Shown here: one piece after another, positions 14,518-29,286 of the stretch
Position numbering within the stretch: the stretch's first letter is position 1
Layout: the number at the start of each line of letters is the position of its first letter
Assembly: GCF_009914755.1 (NCBI RefSeq)
Contig: NC_060929.1
Source of the DNA: the human T2T-CHM13v2.0 reference genome, Homo sapiens
Reading direction: 5' to 3' (one strand)
DNA: 64,000 nucleotides
Made by a program: the position numbers and the translations under genes
Notes under the pieces: generated by a model
The model's database searches: none
What the model was told of the DNA's origin: nothing
What the model saw: only the letters and a program-made list of their open reading frames with translations

Positions 14518-16359
14518 GTGTGACTAGTCTAAATAGACTAAATTAATAAATTAATAAAATAAAAGAACAATGTGAATGAAATGTATCAACCACTGATGTC
14601 TGAGAGAACTGGTTTATTTTCTATTTCTAATCCAACTTTCTTCCATATCTTCAAAAACCCATCCTCTTCATCTCCATTAGCATCATACTTAAGTTTGCAT
14701 TCTATCTTTAGGATGATTATGGTGTAATTATATCTGCTGAACATGTGTGATGTCTGATATTTCAATTAGACATTGAAGTAGAACCCAGCTATTATAAGTA
14801 TCTCATAATGATTACCTCTTGTCTTGGGATAATCTGTCATTGTGTACACTTATTATATTTAAATACAGCCATAGCAACATTAAGGCGATGTTTTCTTTCT
14901 CTGAAACATCTGCATCTCCTCACTCACAGTTACTTCCTGGCTTCTTATTTATTTATCATTTTTAATTTTTCCAGAGAATATTCATGGAAGCTTCTCTATA
15001 TTCTTCTAGTCATAAGTCCCAATACTTCAGCAATCTCATATTTGAGCACACTAATTATATCTTTGATTAATAGAGTTTTTAATCATAACATGATTTTGAT
15101 GTTTGTTCAGATGATATTTTTCTTAATTTATGAAATCAGGGAACAAATTACTGCTGCTGTTTTTGCTTATATAATTTCCTATTATTTTATAACTGACATG
15201 GAAGAACATTTCTGTTACTAGGGAACTAATCTACAGTACATCATATCTCTTAATAGATTGGAATCATAGGATTTGAACAGAGAAGGTGAAGTATACAAAT
15301 CCCCAAAATAAAAAGAACGTAAAAGATAGTTGCCCAAGAGATCATTAAAATAGGAGATTTCATGAACCTAAAATAGATTCCACTAGGGAAGGAAGAGATG
15401 CCAAAGTGCAGGGAAAGCATAGAAAGGAAATCATGGCTCACTCTATGTGGGGAGGGTTTTAAGAGAAGAAGATGACAGAAAAAGAGGGATGGGAAAATTT
15501 TAAACAATTCAGATAAACAGATTATTGGCTTTGAAATTTATTTAAGGAAAATTTAAACTTGTGAGTAGTCAATTTTGGAATTATCACTGTCATCAATTTT
15601 AACGTTATAAGTGGAAGATTTATCATTTCAAAAGGAGATAGAGCTTTTATGAAGCAGAAGATGCGACGATAGGTGAGTTGTAGTTGCTTAGGTAGACAGG
15701 AAAGCAGAATTTGCAGCTGGAAAGACATAATTCACAGCCAATTTCAAGGGGCACCATTGTATTATACAATGGAAAGGGTGTGGAGTAGAGTTCCTGTGAC
15801 TGATCTACCACAAATAATCCAACACATAAGCTGGGTAAATTACTTTACCTTTCTGGGCCTCCTCTGCCGCTGGTAAAAAAAGACAGACTTGGTCTAAATA
15901 AACTTTAAGGTCTTTCTGCATTTAAAATTCAAGAAAAAGATGCTTTTTGAAATCTTTTAAGAAAAGCTTATAAGATTTTTATTGAAGATGCCACGCATTT
16001 ACAAGATGTTCTGTTAGAACCCTTAGACTAGAAGGAATCTATTTAAAGAATATGTGCACAATGGCACTTTATTCAGACCATGTATATTTGCATCTTATTG
16101 CTCATATCAGATATGAATGTTGGTCAAACCTGCAACTCTGGCATAATCTATCACTTGCAGGCATGAAAACAGAGCATCTTACAATGCTCTCACCTTGTGT
16201 AGTGTGGTGTGATTCAAGCTTAGCACAAATTCGTCTACTGAAAAAATTTCATGTTCAGTCCAAAAAGTGATGATTTGATACTTCAGCTTTGACTTTAAAT
16301 TCGTGTGTGTGTGCGTGGGGCTGGGGGAGGGGTTCGTTATAGAGGGTAAAAAAGTAATT

Positions 16360-16730
16360 TCTACTACATATCTCTTACAATGGCTAAAATTAAAAACAGT
16401 GACAATACCAAATGCTGATGAGAGTGTGGAGCAACAGGAACTCTCATTCATTGCTGGTGAAATGCAAAATGGTACAGCCACTTTAGAAAACAGTCTTGCT
16501 CAGTTTCTTACAAAATTAAATAGACTCTTAACATATGATCCTGAAATCATGCTCTTTGGTATTTACCCAAATGGGTTGAAAACTATGTCCATACCAAAAA
16601 CCTGCACATGGATGTTTATAGCAGTTTTATTCATGATTGCCAAAAATTGAAAGTAACCGAGATGCCCTTCAGTAGGTGAATGCACAAACTGTGATACATT
16701 CATACAATGAAATGTTTTGCAGTGCTAAAA
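16360..16730 (+). mobile_element. Old L1M ORF2 3'-end fragment
   Basis: ggagcaacaggaactctcattcattgctggtg...ggtacagccactttagaaaac...ggatgtttatagcag. Confidence 0.85.
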
Positions 16731-16852
16731 CTTAATAAGTTTGTAGGATACAACATCAGTACACAAAATCAATTGTTTTTCTATGTACTAGCAGTGAACA
16801 AGTGTAAAATAAAATTAAGAAAATAATCCCATTTATAGTAGCATCAAAATAG
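16731..16852 (+). mobile_element. Old L1M ORF2 RT-region fragment
   Basis: ggatacaacatcagtacacaaaatcaattg...atcccatttatagtagcatcaaaa. Confidence 0.7.
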
Positions 16853-16859
16853 ATCATAT

Positions 16860-17227
16860 GATATTTTGGTTCAAAAACCTCCAGTGATTTTTCTCCTACT
16901 CAGAGGAAAATTCCAATGATGCCATCATTCCTTATGAGGTTCAACAATGACCTTACTCTGAGCTACTTATCTGACCTCATCTCCTTCTGTCTTCCCTCTT
17001 GTTCACTCTGCTTTTGTCTCATTGGTATCTTTTCTGTCTTCAAATATGGCAGATATGCTGCTTGAAAGTCTTGTCTCCCAGATAGCTGCATAGTCTGTTC
17101 CCTCACTTCTTTCTGCAACTACATCTTTGTTCAAATGCAAATATATTTTTAAAAAGGATCTCTCTCATCACCAACATAAAATAATTATCTCCATCTCCAC
17201 CCTCATTGCTTTTTTTCTCTTATATTG

Positions 17228-17263
<36 letters not shown>

Positions 17264-17920
17264 CTTTTGTTTATTATTCTACAACTTTTTACTTGCAACA
17301 TGTTCAAGCTTAGAGAGAAGCAGCAAGAATATTTAATGAACACCTTATTCCATTCACCTGGATTTATCTACTTCCATGAGTATTTCCCAAGAACAAGGTC
17401 ATTCTTTTAAATAATCACAATACAATGATCGCATCAGGAAAAATTGTATGGATTCAATTATACTGTTTAATATTCAGTCAATATTTAAATTATTTAATTG
17501 TTCCAATAATGTTATTTATAGCTGTTTTTTTCCAATTCAGTATTCTAACAAAGATCACATATTGCATTGTATTATATATCTTTAGTCACCTTTAATCTGG
17601 AATAGTTCTCAGCTTTTTTTTTTTTTTTGTCTTTCATCTTATTAACAACTTTGGAGAATGTCTTTTTAAATTTCATTGTTTTAGTTAATCCCTCATGATT
17701 AGATTACAGTTAATCATTTTTGGCAGGAATATCACATGAGTAATGTCTTACGTTAGGGATATGTGATGTTGCCTAGCTTTACATTTTACTCATTTTCTTG
17801 CTTGTTTATCTTTTCTCCTGTGAGAATGTAAGCTCCGTGAACATAGATCTAACTGTGTCTCCGTGGTTCACTGTTTCATCCTCATAGCTTGGGAAATATT
17901 TGTTGAATGAGTGGATGAAT
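16860..17920 (+). mobile_element. L2 remnant, interrupted by (CA)n and another old repeat
   Basis: Pyrimidine-rich L2 body and the 3' end gaatgtaagctcc...aaatatttgttgaatgagtggatgaat. Confidence 0.6.
17231..17262. repeat. (CA)16 microsatellite
   Basis: Perfect CA run. Confidence 0.98.
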
Positions 17921-19650
17921 CCACAGCACACCAGCTTTATCGTGAATAATATGGAACAGCTGATCCCCACAGCTTGCTATCAGGTACTGCCAGGCAGCAG
18001 ACCCATTGACCCTACACCCCATTCTGAGAAGGATGAGAAGTCCCAGAAAGTGAAACTGTTTTAGAATTTGTGGTATCTACTGCTGATCACATGTCTGCAC
18101 AGAAGTATACCTATTTATACATTACATAACATATTACATTTATTAGGTACATTTTAAATGTATACATAAAAAGTTTTTAAGGACATAATTAAAAAGTGGA
18201 TATAGATAGAATTTATAATATTGTCTTTCCAGACCAAAATGGCTTGTTTTTCCAATTCCTGTGGGTTCCTAAACTTCCATTTTGGAGATCATTGTTTTTA
18301 TCCATCCTTCAGCAGAGCTGTGGTAGTGTGGTGAGTGCACATAGGAGTCTCTTCACTGGTCAGAATTTGGGGATGATCCCAGAGTTCCTAGCTCAGTTTT
18401 AGACAATATGTTTTCTTATTCTGGTAAATCTGAGCCTGCTCTTTTGAGGCCTTTCTAAGAGGCTCCTAAATGTCACTCAAAGTTGATAGTTATTTAAGAT
18501 AAAGATGCTCCAGGTCTCAGTTTTTGACTTCTAGATGTTCAGCCAGGAAATTTCTTCAGTTCTTGGAAAATGATAAATTCTCAGAGGATAGCCCTTCCAG
18601 ACCAGTCTTTAAATGATGCAGCTCAGAATGTTGCTAGGAATCTGAATCATCTAGCATGCCTTTGAAAATCAGTCCCATAATTATCTGAAGGGCTCCTTTA
18701 ATTAAATCCATGTTTCAGGATGCTTAATCCAAACTGAAACATTCCAGAAGTGTACTTACCGAAAATAATATATTGTGACCATTTAAACCCCTGGTGCTTT
18801 AAATCAGCTACACTATAGTGGGTACTCCAGTGTCAAGGTCTTTGTCCCCAATTCAAAGTCTCATTTAAAAAGAATAGCTTCCCTAAAGTGTAGAATCAAT
18901 TCAAGTCATTGTTTCTTTATGAAGACATTTTTTGTACTGTATATCCATATGAAGCCCCCCTTCTTATGAAATTACATGTGTCTTCAAATCTTCAGGAATT
19001 TACATTTTCAATATTTTAAGCAATTTTTTATTTTTAAACTTATGCTTTGTCATAATCCTGTGATTTTTAGGTTAAGGTTGAATAAAAGAATCATCTTTGA
19101 AGGTGCAATACCTGAGGCTTCCAGAAAGGTTATGTGCCTTTCTTTATAAAACGCAGATTTTCTGGGAAAGTACAATTTTTCTGCATCTCCTGAATCATGC
19201 ATTCTTAGTATTCCCAGTGTTATTTATGGTGGTTGAGTGTTTGGGGAATGTACCATGCCATTTGTTTAAATTAAGAAGATAGATTCTTAATGTTTTCTAT
19301 GTAACTCAGAATTTCTAAAAGGCAGCTTAACATTCTGAGACTTCAAAAACCATCAACGATATACTATTTATTTTAAATGAGTGTAGAACTCCTAAGGGGA
19401 AGAAAAGTTCAGTCAGTATTGAAAATTATATTTGTCAAGTGTTATTGGAGAACATTTAAGATATTTTAGAAATAAATCCTGCTCAATCTTTTATTTGGGA
19501 CATGTCATTTTCCTTGTGAGTATGTGAGTGATTAAAGATCTTTTTGGCCCATCTCATTAGACAAGAAATGTTGACCCTATAAATAAGACATTTTAAAAGA
19601 CAGATGTGCAGAGATTCATAAGCAAAGAAAAAAGAAGCCATGAATTTAAA

Positions 19651-19683
19651 CACACACATACACACACACACACACACAAACAC
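19651..19683. repeat. Imperfect (CA)n microsatellite
   Basis: cacacacatacacacacacacacacacaaacac. Confidence 0.9.
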
Positions 19684-21248
19684 GCTTTTCATGCAGCATG
19701 TAGAAGCAGCAGCTGTAGTGTTTGACATTTGCACTGGATATGCAGCATTAAACTTTACAGTTTTCTAAGCATCTCAGGTACCATTTTACATATTCAGTTG
19801 TATCCAGCTTTCCATTATTGTTGGCAGGACATCCTTTGGAATGTCTGCTCTACTCAGGAGGTGATCTGGTGCCAGCCTCTTGCAGAGAAGGAGACAAAAA
19901 AGAATCTGTAATTTAAATAAAAAATAATGGTATAATAAAATTGGCAAGGAGGCAAAATGCCCTTAAAATCTCAATATCCTGAACAAAATTCAATTTCAGA
20001 AGGGCAGAGCTTTCCCAAAACTCTTTAAAACTCTCACTCTATGATAAGGCTCTTCAGAGAGAGATACCTTCCCTTCGTCTCAGTCAGAAGTTACTTGGAT
20101 TACTATGTCAGGAAAACATCTCAGAGGCATCTAAGCATGTACTTTTTAAATTAAAAATTGGCTTTGCTCAAAGTAAAATGAGACAGAAATTGTCTTGGAT
20201 ATATTTTCCATAGAAGCACCTGCTTTGGGTGCAACCACACATAGAAGGATTTTGGCACAATAAATTGTCCGGCCCAATCAAGAGATGATATTTTGGATAT
20301 TGTTCATGGCACCTTTTAAAGGCATTTTCTAGTGTTCTGTCTAGACTCATGTTCCGAGGTCAGCACACAGCCTTAGGATACTGTTCGTTGGCTGAAATAA
20401 GAGAACAGATGAGGAAATTGAAATTAAGGTCCTACCCTCGTTAGTGAAGCTGTGTCTGAAGCTACAGGACTGAGAGCACTGTTTTAAGAAGCCAAAAATG
20501 TCAATCTTAGCCAAATGAACTGCCATCACAACTAGTATGATCCTTGAAATCTTATAACACATTTTAAAATCTGGAATTTTATTATATATTATTATATAAC
20601 AAGAATATTACTTTTGATAATTGAAACATATGAGGGTGACTTAGGGCATTTGATAAAATTATCACAATTATCTTTCTTGTTTGTGGAATATGTGTATTTT
20701 CTTTTCTGCCAAAGTTAAGCACCTTTTCATTCTGTTATTTAACTGACTAATATTGAGAACAACCTTGTAAAACATGTCACTCTATGGGATATTTCAAATA
20801 CTAAAGAGAATTAGTTGTGCCCACTGATCCATGGCATCCTGTCACTTGGTGACCGAATGACCCCTAGAAGGTCACCCCAACCAAAGATGCGCACTACCTG
20901 AGCGGTGTGTATACAGCACAGCAATACTTCTATCAGACTCAGCAATCAGAAAGCTGGATTTTGAGATTAACTTTCTGTGAGATTCTTAATCCAAATCTGA
21001 TAGATTTAAACATAAACAACAAAATCTAAATGAAAAATTCCCATGCCTTTGAGAACCATTCAATTGAAGCTGTTTCCCTGGAATTTAAAACAAACATCGA
21101 CTATCTGCATATTATATGCATTTGTCACGTACTTTGCTTTTTATCTAATTGAATCCTTTCTCCAACCTCACTTTACATAGGTATATACTTAAGCTAAGAG
21201 TTGTTAAGTAACATGGCTGAGAATACCCAACTGCTAAGTGCTGGGTCA

Positions 21249-21633
<385 letters not shown>

Positions 21634-21719
21634 AAACCATGTTGCTATGCCTTCAATGTTATGCTCTTTATTTTTCCTTTGACATTAACCCCAATATCCC
21701 AAAATTATATTCCTTTAAA

Positions 21720-21865
21720 TCAGGCTTTTTAATCTCCAAAAAGGTATGCAAATTTATATGTGCATATACGTCCAGGTTTATGTATTTCTTCTAGAAACAT
21801 GGGGCATGATTTTCATCAGGTTCTCAAGCTTATCTGTGATTCAAAAATGATTAGAAACCCTGATA
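21720..21865. mobile_element. hAT-Charlie-type MITE remnant
   Basis: tttcatcaggttctcaag...tgtgattcaaaaatgattagaaaccctg terminal motif; a similar remnant lies near 53030-53240. Confidence 0.4.
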
Positions 21866-23065
21866 GAGCAGTAATTAGTAACCAGTGAAGAGTGCCTCTG
21901 CCACTCTAAGTAATCAGATACATCACATCATTAAGACCTTTTAAAAATATGTAACGTATATGAAAACCACACATTGACATGTGAATAAGAAAAATGTATG
22001 GTTATTAGTATTTACACAAATAGCATTTTATATATCATTGCAATTATGGTGTTCTTCAAATTTTATATTTAGTTTGTGTCCTGTTAGAAACCAGAAAGAA
22101 ACTGTTGTGCTCTAAATTAGAAGTGATGGAAAATATGTACTTTATGTTCAGAATGTTACTTGGAAAACATATTTTCTTCATCTTGTATACACTAACATAA
22201 TGGGGAAACATGACATTCTTGTATGATGAGGCATAACACTGCACAAAGAGGAAACTGATGAAACCAAAGGAAAACAATTGGTAAATCATGAGTTCTTCTG
22301 TGATAAGCCAGATGTGTCAAAAGTAGTTAGTATTTCTCCTGCAAAGAAAATTAGGAGGGAAATAAAGTTAAATAGTGCCCTAAAATATGTAGAAATGATC
22401 ATAGCTGAAGTTTATAGAGAGTAATAAAATGTTGTTTTTATGAATTATGGCAATTAATAATTGGCAGTATACTATGGTTCTTGTTCCAATCAGCTTATAA
22501 CTACGAGATTTATTTCCTTCTCACTAAGATCATAATCACCCCTCTCTTCTGTATCTTCAAAATTCTCCTTTCATGTCAGTACATAAACATGATCAAATCT
22601 TTCCCATCTCATAGCCCTTCTCTCAATATATTTTCAACATACTGACCTCTCTTTCCTTCCTTTCATATCCAATCTAAGTCCAACTCATTATTGCAATGCT
22701 CTTGCTAAGGTTTATTGATAAACTTCTCAAAATCACCTTCTATTATCAATATTTAGACATCTTAAAAGTGACTCTGCAACATTTGACACTTTTAAACATG
22801 CTTATATTAGTCCGTTCTTGTGCTGCCATAAAGAAATACCTAAGACAGGGTAATTTCTTTTATTATTATTATTATACTATAAGTTCTAGGATACATGTGC
22901 AGAACGTGCAGGTTTGTTACATAGGTGTAAATGTGGCATGGTGGTTTGCTGCACCCATCAACCCACCATCTACATTAGGTATTTCTTCTAATGCTATCCT
23001 TCCCCTAGCCCCCACAAGCCCGGGTGTGTGATGTTCGCTTCCCTGTGTCCGTGTGTTCTCATAGT

Positions 23066-26000
23066 TCAACTACTACTTATGAATGAGAACATGTGGTATT
23101 TGGTTTTCTGTTCCTGTATTAGTTTGCTGAGAATGATGGTTTCCAGCTTCATCCATGTCTCTGCAAAGGACATGAACTCATCCTTTTTTATTGCTGCATA
23201 GTATTCCATGGTGTATGTGTGCCACATTTTCTTTATCCAGTCAATCATTGATGGCCATTTGGGTTGGTGCCAAGTCTTTGCTATTGTGAATAGTGCTGAA
23301 ATAAACATACATGTGCGTGTGTCTTCATAGTAGAATGACTTATAATCCTTTAGGTATATCCCTGGTAATGGGATTGCTGGGTCAAATGGTATTTCTGGTT
23401 CTAGATTCTTGAGGAATCACCACACTGTCTTCCACAATGGTTGAAGTAATTTACACTCCCAACAGTGTAAAAGCGTTCATATTTCTCCACATCCTCACCA
23501 GCATCTGTTGTTTCCTAACTTTTTAATGATTGCCATTCTAACTGGCGTGAGATGGTATCTCATTGTGGTTTTGATTTGCATTTCTCTGATGACCAGTGAT
23601 GATGAGCTTTTTTTCATATGTTTGTTGGAGCATAAATGTTTTCTTTTGAGAAGTGTGTGTTCATATCCTTTGCCCACTTTTTGATGGTTGTTTGTTTTTT
23701 TCTTGTAAATTTGTTTAACTTCATTGTAGATTCTGGATATTAGCCCTTTGTCAGATGGATAGATTGCAAACATTTTCTCCCATTCTGTAGGTTGCCTTTT
23801 CACTCTGATGATAGTTTCTTTTGCTGTGCAGAAGCTCTTTAGTTTGATTAGATCCCATTTGTCAATTTTGGCTTTTGTTGCCATTGCTTTTGGTGTTTTA
23901 GTCATGAAGTCTTTGCCCATGCCTCTGTCCTGAATGGTATTCTCTAGGTTTTCTTCTGGCTTTTTATGGTTTAGGTATTACATTTAAGTCTTTAATCCAT
24001 CTTGAGTTAATTTTTGTGTAAGGTTTAAGGAAGGGTTCCAGTTTCAGTTTTCTGCATATGGCTAGCCAGTTTTCCCAGCACCATTTATTAAATAGGGAAT
24101 CCTTTCCCCATTTCTTGTTTTTGTCAGGTTTGTCCAAGATCAGATGGTTGTAGATGTGTGGCATTATTTCTGAGGCTTCTGTTCTGTACCATTGGTCTAT
24201 ATATCTGTTTTGGTACCAGTACTATGCTGTTTTGGTTACTGTATCCTTGTAGTATAGTTTGAAGTTAAGAAGTGTGATGCCTCCAGCTTTGTTCTTTTTG
24301 CTTAGGATTATCTTGGCTATATGGGCTCTTTTCTGACTCCATATGAAATTTAAGGTAGTTTTTTCTAATACTATGAAGAAAGTCAATGGTAGCTTGATGG
24401 GGATAGCATTGAATCTATAAATTACTTTGGTCCGTATGGCCATATTCACAATATTGATTCTATCCACGAGCATGGAATGTTTTTCCATTTGTTTGTGTCC
24501 TCTCTTATTTCCTTGAGCAGTGGTTTGTAGTTCTCCTTGAAGAGGTCCTTCACATCCCCTGTAAGTTGTATTCCTAGGTATTGTATTTTCTTTGTAGCAA
24601 TTATGAATGGGAGTTCACTCATGATTTGACCCTCTGTTATTAGTGTATAGGAGTGCTTGTGATTTTTGCACATTGATTTTGTATCCTGAGACTTTGCTGA
24701 AGTTGCTTCTCAGCTTAAGGAGAATTTGGGCTGAGATGATGGGGTTTTCTAAATATATAATCATGTCATCTGCAAAGAGAGACAATTTGACTTCCCCTCT
24801 TCCTATTTGAATACCTTTATTTCTTTCTCTTGCCTGTTTGCTCTGGCCAGAACTTCCAATACTATGTTGAATAGGAGTTGTGAAAGAGGGCATCCTTGTC
24901 TTGTGCTGGTTTTCAAAGGGAATGCTTCCAGCTTTTGCCCATTCAGTGTGATATTGGCTGTGGGTTTGTCATAAATAGCTCTTATCATTTTGATATATGT
25001 TCCATCAATACCTAGTGTATTGAGAGGTTTTAGCATGAAGGGGTTTTTAATTTTATTGAAGGACTTTTCTGCATCAATTAACATGTTGTTTTTGTCATTG
25101 GTTCTGTTTATGTGATGGATCATGTTTATTGATTTGCATATGTTGAAACAGCCTTGCATCCCAGGGATGAATCCAACTTGATCATGGTGGATAAGCTTTT
25201 TGATGTGCTGCTGGATTCGGTTTGCAAGTATTTTACTGAGGATTTTCGCATCAATGTTCCTCAGGGATATTGGCCTGATATTTTCTTTTCTTGTTGTGTC
25301 TCTGCCAGGTTTTGGCATCAGGATGATGCTGGCCTCATAAAATGAGTTAGGGAGGAGTCTCTCTCTTTTTCTATTGTTTGGAATAGTTTCAGAAGGAATG
25401 GTACCAGCTCCTCTTTGTACCTCTGGTAGAATATGGCTGTGAATCTGTCTGGTCCTGGGCTTTTTTTGGTTCGTAGGCTATTAATTACTTCTGCAATTTC
25501 AGAACTTGTTATTGGTCTATTCAGGGATTGGACTTCTTCCTGGTTTAGTCTTGGGAGGATGTATGTGTCCAGGAATTTATCCATTTCTTCTAGATTTTCT
25601 AGTTTATTTGCATAGAGGTGTTTATAGCATTCTCTGATGGTAGTTTGCATTTCTGTGTGATCAGTGGTGATATCCTCTTTATCATTTTTTGCTGTGTCTA
25701 ATTGATCTCTTTTTTTCTTCTTTACTAGTCTGGCTAGTGGTCTATCTATTTTGTGAATCTTTTCAAAAAACCAGCTCCTGGATTCACTGATTTTTGGGAG
25801 GGGTTTTTTGTTTTTCTATCTCCCTCAGTTCTGCTCTGATCTTCGTTATTTTTTGTCTTCTGCTAGCTTTTGGATTTGTTTGCTCTTGCTTCTCTAGTTC
25901 CTTTAACTGTGATGTTAGGGTGTCGATTTTAGATCTTCCTCGCTTTCTCCTGTGGGCATTAAGTGCTATAAATTTCCCTATAAATATTGCCTTAAATGTG

Positions 26001-26870
26001 TCCCAGAGATTCTGGTACATTGTGTCTTTGTTCTCATTGGTTTCATAGAACTTATTTATTTCTCCCTTAATTTCGTCATTTACCCAGTAATCATTCAGGA
26101 GTAGGTTGTTCAGTTTCCATGTAGTTGTGTGGTTTTGGGTGAGTTTCTTAATCCTGAGTTCTAATTTGATTGTACTGTGGTCTGAGAGACTGCTTGTCAT
26201 GATTTCTGTTCTTTTCCCTTTGTTGAGGAGTGTTTTACTTCCAATTATGTGGTCAATTTTAGAATAAATGTGATGTGGTGCTGAGGAGATTGTATTCTGT
26301 TGATTTGGGGTGGCGAGTTCTGTAGATGTTTATTAGGTCTGTTTGGTCCAGAGCTGAGTTCAAGTCCTGAATATCCTTGCTAATTTTCTGACTTGTCGAT
26401 CTGCCTAATATGGACAGTGGGGTGTTAAAGTCTCCCACTATTATTGTGTGGGAGTCTAAGTCTCTTTGTAGGTCTCTAAGAACTTGTTTTATGAATCTGG
26501 GTACTCCTGTATTGGGTGCATATATATTTAGGATAGTTAGCTCTTCTTGTTGCATTGATCCCTTTATCATTATATAATGGCCTTCTTTGTCTTTTTTTTA
26601 TCTTTGTAGGTTTAAAGTCAGTTTATCAGAGACTAGGATTGCAACCCCTGTTGTTTTTTTTTTTTTCTTTACATTTGCTTGGTAAATATTCCTCCATCCC
26701 TTTATTTTGAGCCTATGTGTGTCTTTGCACCTGAGATGGGTCTCCTGAATACAGCACAATGATGGGTCTTGACTCTTTATCCAATTTGCCAGTCTGTGTC
26801 TTTTAATTAGGGTATTTAGCCCATTTACATTTAAGGTTAATATTGTTATGTGTGAATTTGATCCTGTTAT
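23066..26870 (-). pseudogene. L1 ORF2 (endonuclease/RT), frameshifted
   Basis: [38 protein letters not shown] and C-terminal peptides spread over many ORF fragments; start codon reads ATA. Confidence 0.95.
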
Positions 26871-26933
26871 TATGATGCTAGCTGGATATTTTGCCCGTTA
26901 GTTGATGCAGTTTCTTCATAATGTAGATGGTCT

Positions 26934-27958
26934 TTACAATTTGGTATGTTTTTGCAGTGGCTGGTACTAGTTTTTCCTTTCCATATTTACTGCTTCCTTC
27001 AGGAGCTCTTGTAAGGCAGGCCTGGTGGTGACAAAATCAGCCTTTGTTTTTCTGTGAAGGATCTTATTTCTCTTTTGCTTTTGAAGCTTAGTTTGGCTGG
27101 ATATGAAATTCTGGGTTGAAAATTCTTTTCTTTAAGAATGTTGAATATTGACCCCTATACTCTCTTCCAGCTTGTAGGTTTTCTGCAGAGAGATCCACTG
27201 TTAGTCTGATGGGCTTCCCTTTGTGGGTAATGACCTTTATCTCTGGCTGCCCTTAACATTTTTTTCTGGTATTTCAACTTTGGTGAATCTGATGATTATG
27301 TGTCTTTGGATTGCTCTTCTCGAGCAGTATCTTTGTGGTGTTCTCTGTATTTCCTGAATTTGAATGTTGGCTTGTCTTGCTAGGTTGGGGAAGTTCTCCT
27401 GGATAATATCCTGAAGAATGTTTTCCAACTTGCTTCCATTCTCCCCATCAGTTTCAGGTACACCAATCAAAAATAGGTTTGGTCTTTTCACATAGTTCCA
27501 TATTTCTTGGAGGCTTTGTTCATTCCTTTTCATTCTTTCTTCTCTAATCGTGTCTTCATGTTTTATTTCATTAAGTTGATCTTCAATTTCTGATATCCTT
27601 TCTTCTGCTTGATCGATTCAGCTATTGATACTTGCGTGTGCTTCATGAAGTTCTCATGCTATGTTTTTCAGCTCCATTGGGGCATTTATGTTCTTCTCCA
27701 TACTGGATATTCTAGTTAGAAATTCCTCTAATATTTTTTCAAGGTTCTTAGCTTCCTTGCATTGTTTTAGAACATGCTCCTTTAGCTGAGAGCTGTTCAT
27801 TATTACCCACCTTCTGAAGCCTGCTTCTGTCAATTCATCAAACTCATTCTCCATCCAGTTTTGTTCCCTTGCTGGGGAGGAGCTGTGATCCTTTGGAGGA
27901 TCACAGAACCTTTCTGGTTTTTGGGATTTTCAGTCTTTTTGCATTGGTTTTTCCTTAT
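26934..27958 (-). pseudogene. L1 ORF1, disrupted
   Basis: ENEFDELTEAGFRR, KRNEQSLQEIWNYVKRPNL, ENFPNLARQ; start codon reads ATA. Confidence 0.93.
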
Positions 27959-29276
27959 CTTTGTGGATTTATCTACCTTTGGTCTTTGATGTTGGTGACC
28001 TTCAGATGTGGTTTATGTGTGGATGTCCTTTTTACTGATGTTGATGTGATTCCTTTCTGTTTGTTAGTTTTCCTTCTAACAGGCCCCTCTGCTTCAGGTC
28101 TGCTGGAGTTTGCTGGAGGTCCACTCCAGGTCCTGTTTGCCTGGATATCACCAGCAGAGGCTGCAGAACAGCAAATATTGCTGCCTGTTCCTTCCTCTGG
28201 AAGCTTTGTCCCAGAGGGGCACCCACCAGTTGCCAGCCAGAGCTCTCCTGTATGAGGTGTCTGTTGACCCCTGCTGGGAGGTATCTCCCAGTCAGGAGGC
28301 ACAGCGGTCAGGGACCCACTTGAGGAGGCAGTCTGTCCCTTAGCAGAGCTTGAGCATTGTGCTGGGAGATCCACTGCTTTCTTTAGAGCCAGCAGGCAGG
28401 AACATTTCAGTCTACTGAAGCTGTGCTCACAGCCACCCCTTCCCCTATATGCTCTGTCCCAGGGAGACGGGAGTTTTATCGGTAAGCGGTTGGCTGGGGC
28501 TGCTGCCTTTCTTTGAGAGATGCCCTGCCCAGAGAGGAGGAATCTAGAGAGGCAGTCTGGCTAGAGCGGCTTTGCCAAGCTGCAGTGGGCTCTGCCCAGT
28601 TAGAACTTCCCAGCGGCTTTGTTTACACTGTAAGGGGGAAACAGCCTACTCAAGCCTCAGTAATAGTGGACACCCCTCCCCCTACCAAGCTTGAGCATCC
28701 CAGGTCAACATCGGACTGCTGTGCTGGCAGTGAAAATTTCAAGCCAGTCGATCTTAGCTTGAAGGGCTCCATGGGGGTAGGATCTGCTGAGCTAGACCAC
28801 TTGGTTCCCTGGCTTCAGCCCCCTTTCCAGGGGAGTGAATGGTTCTGTCTCACTGGTGTTCTGGGCACCACTGGGGTATGAAAAAAAAACTCCTGCAGCT
28901 AGCTCGGTGTCTGCCCAAATGGTCATCCAGTTTTGTGCTGAAACCCAGGGCTCTGGTGGTGTACTCACCCGAAGGAATTTCCTGGTGTGTGGGTTGCCAA
29001 GACTGTAAGAAAAGCATAGCATCTGGGCCAGAATGCACTGTTCATCAAGGCACAGTCCTTCATGGCTTCTCTTGGTTAGGGGAGGGAGTTCCCCAACCCC
29101 TTGCACTTCCTGGATGAGGTGACGCCCCATCCTGCTTCTGCTCCCCCTCTGTGGGCTGCACCCATTGTCTAACCAGTCCCAATGAGATGAGCAGGGTACC
29201 TCAGTTGGAAATGCAGAAATCACCTGCCTTCTGCATTGATCTTGCTAGGAGCTGCAGACTGGAGCTGTTCCTATTC

Positions 29277-29286
29277 GGCCATCTTG
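29277..29286 (-). promoter_or_regulatory. YY1 site of the L1 internal promoter
   Basis: CAAGATGGCC intact near the L1 5' end. Confidence 0.8.
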
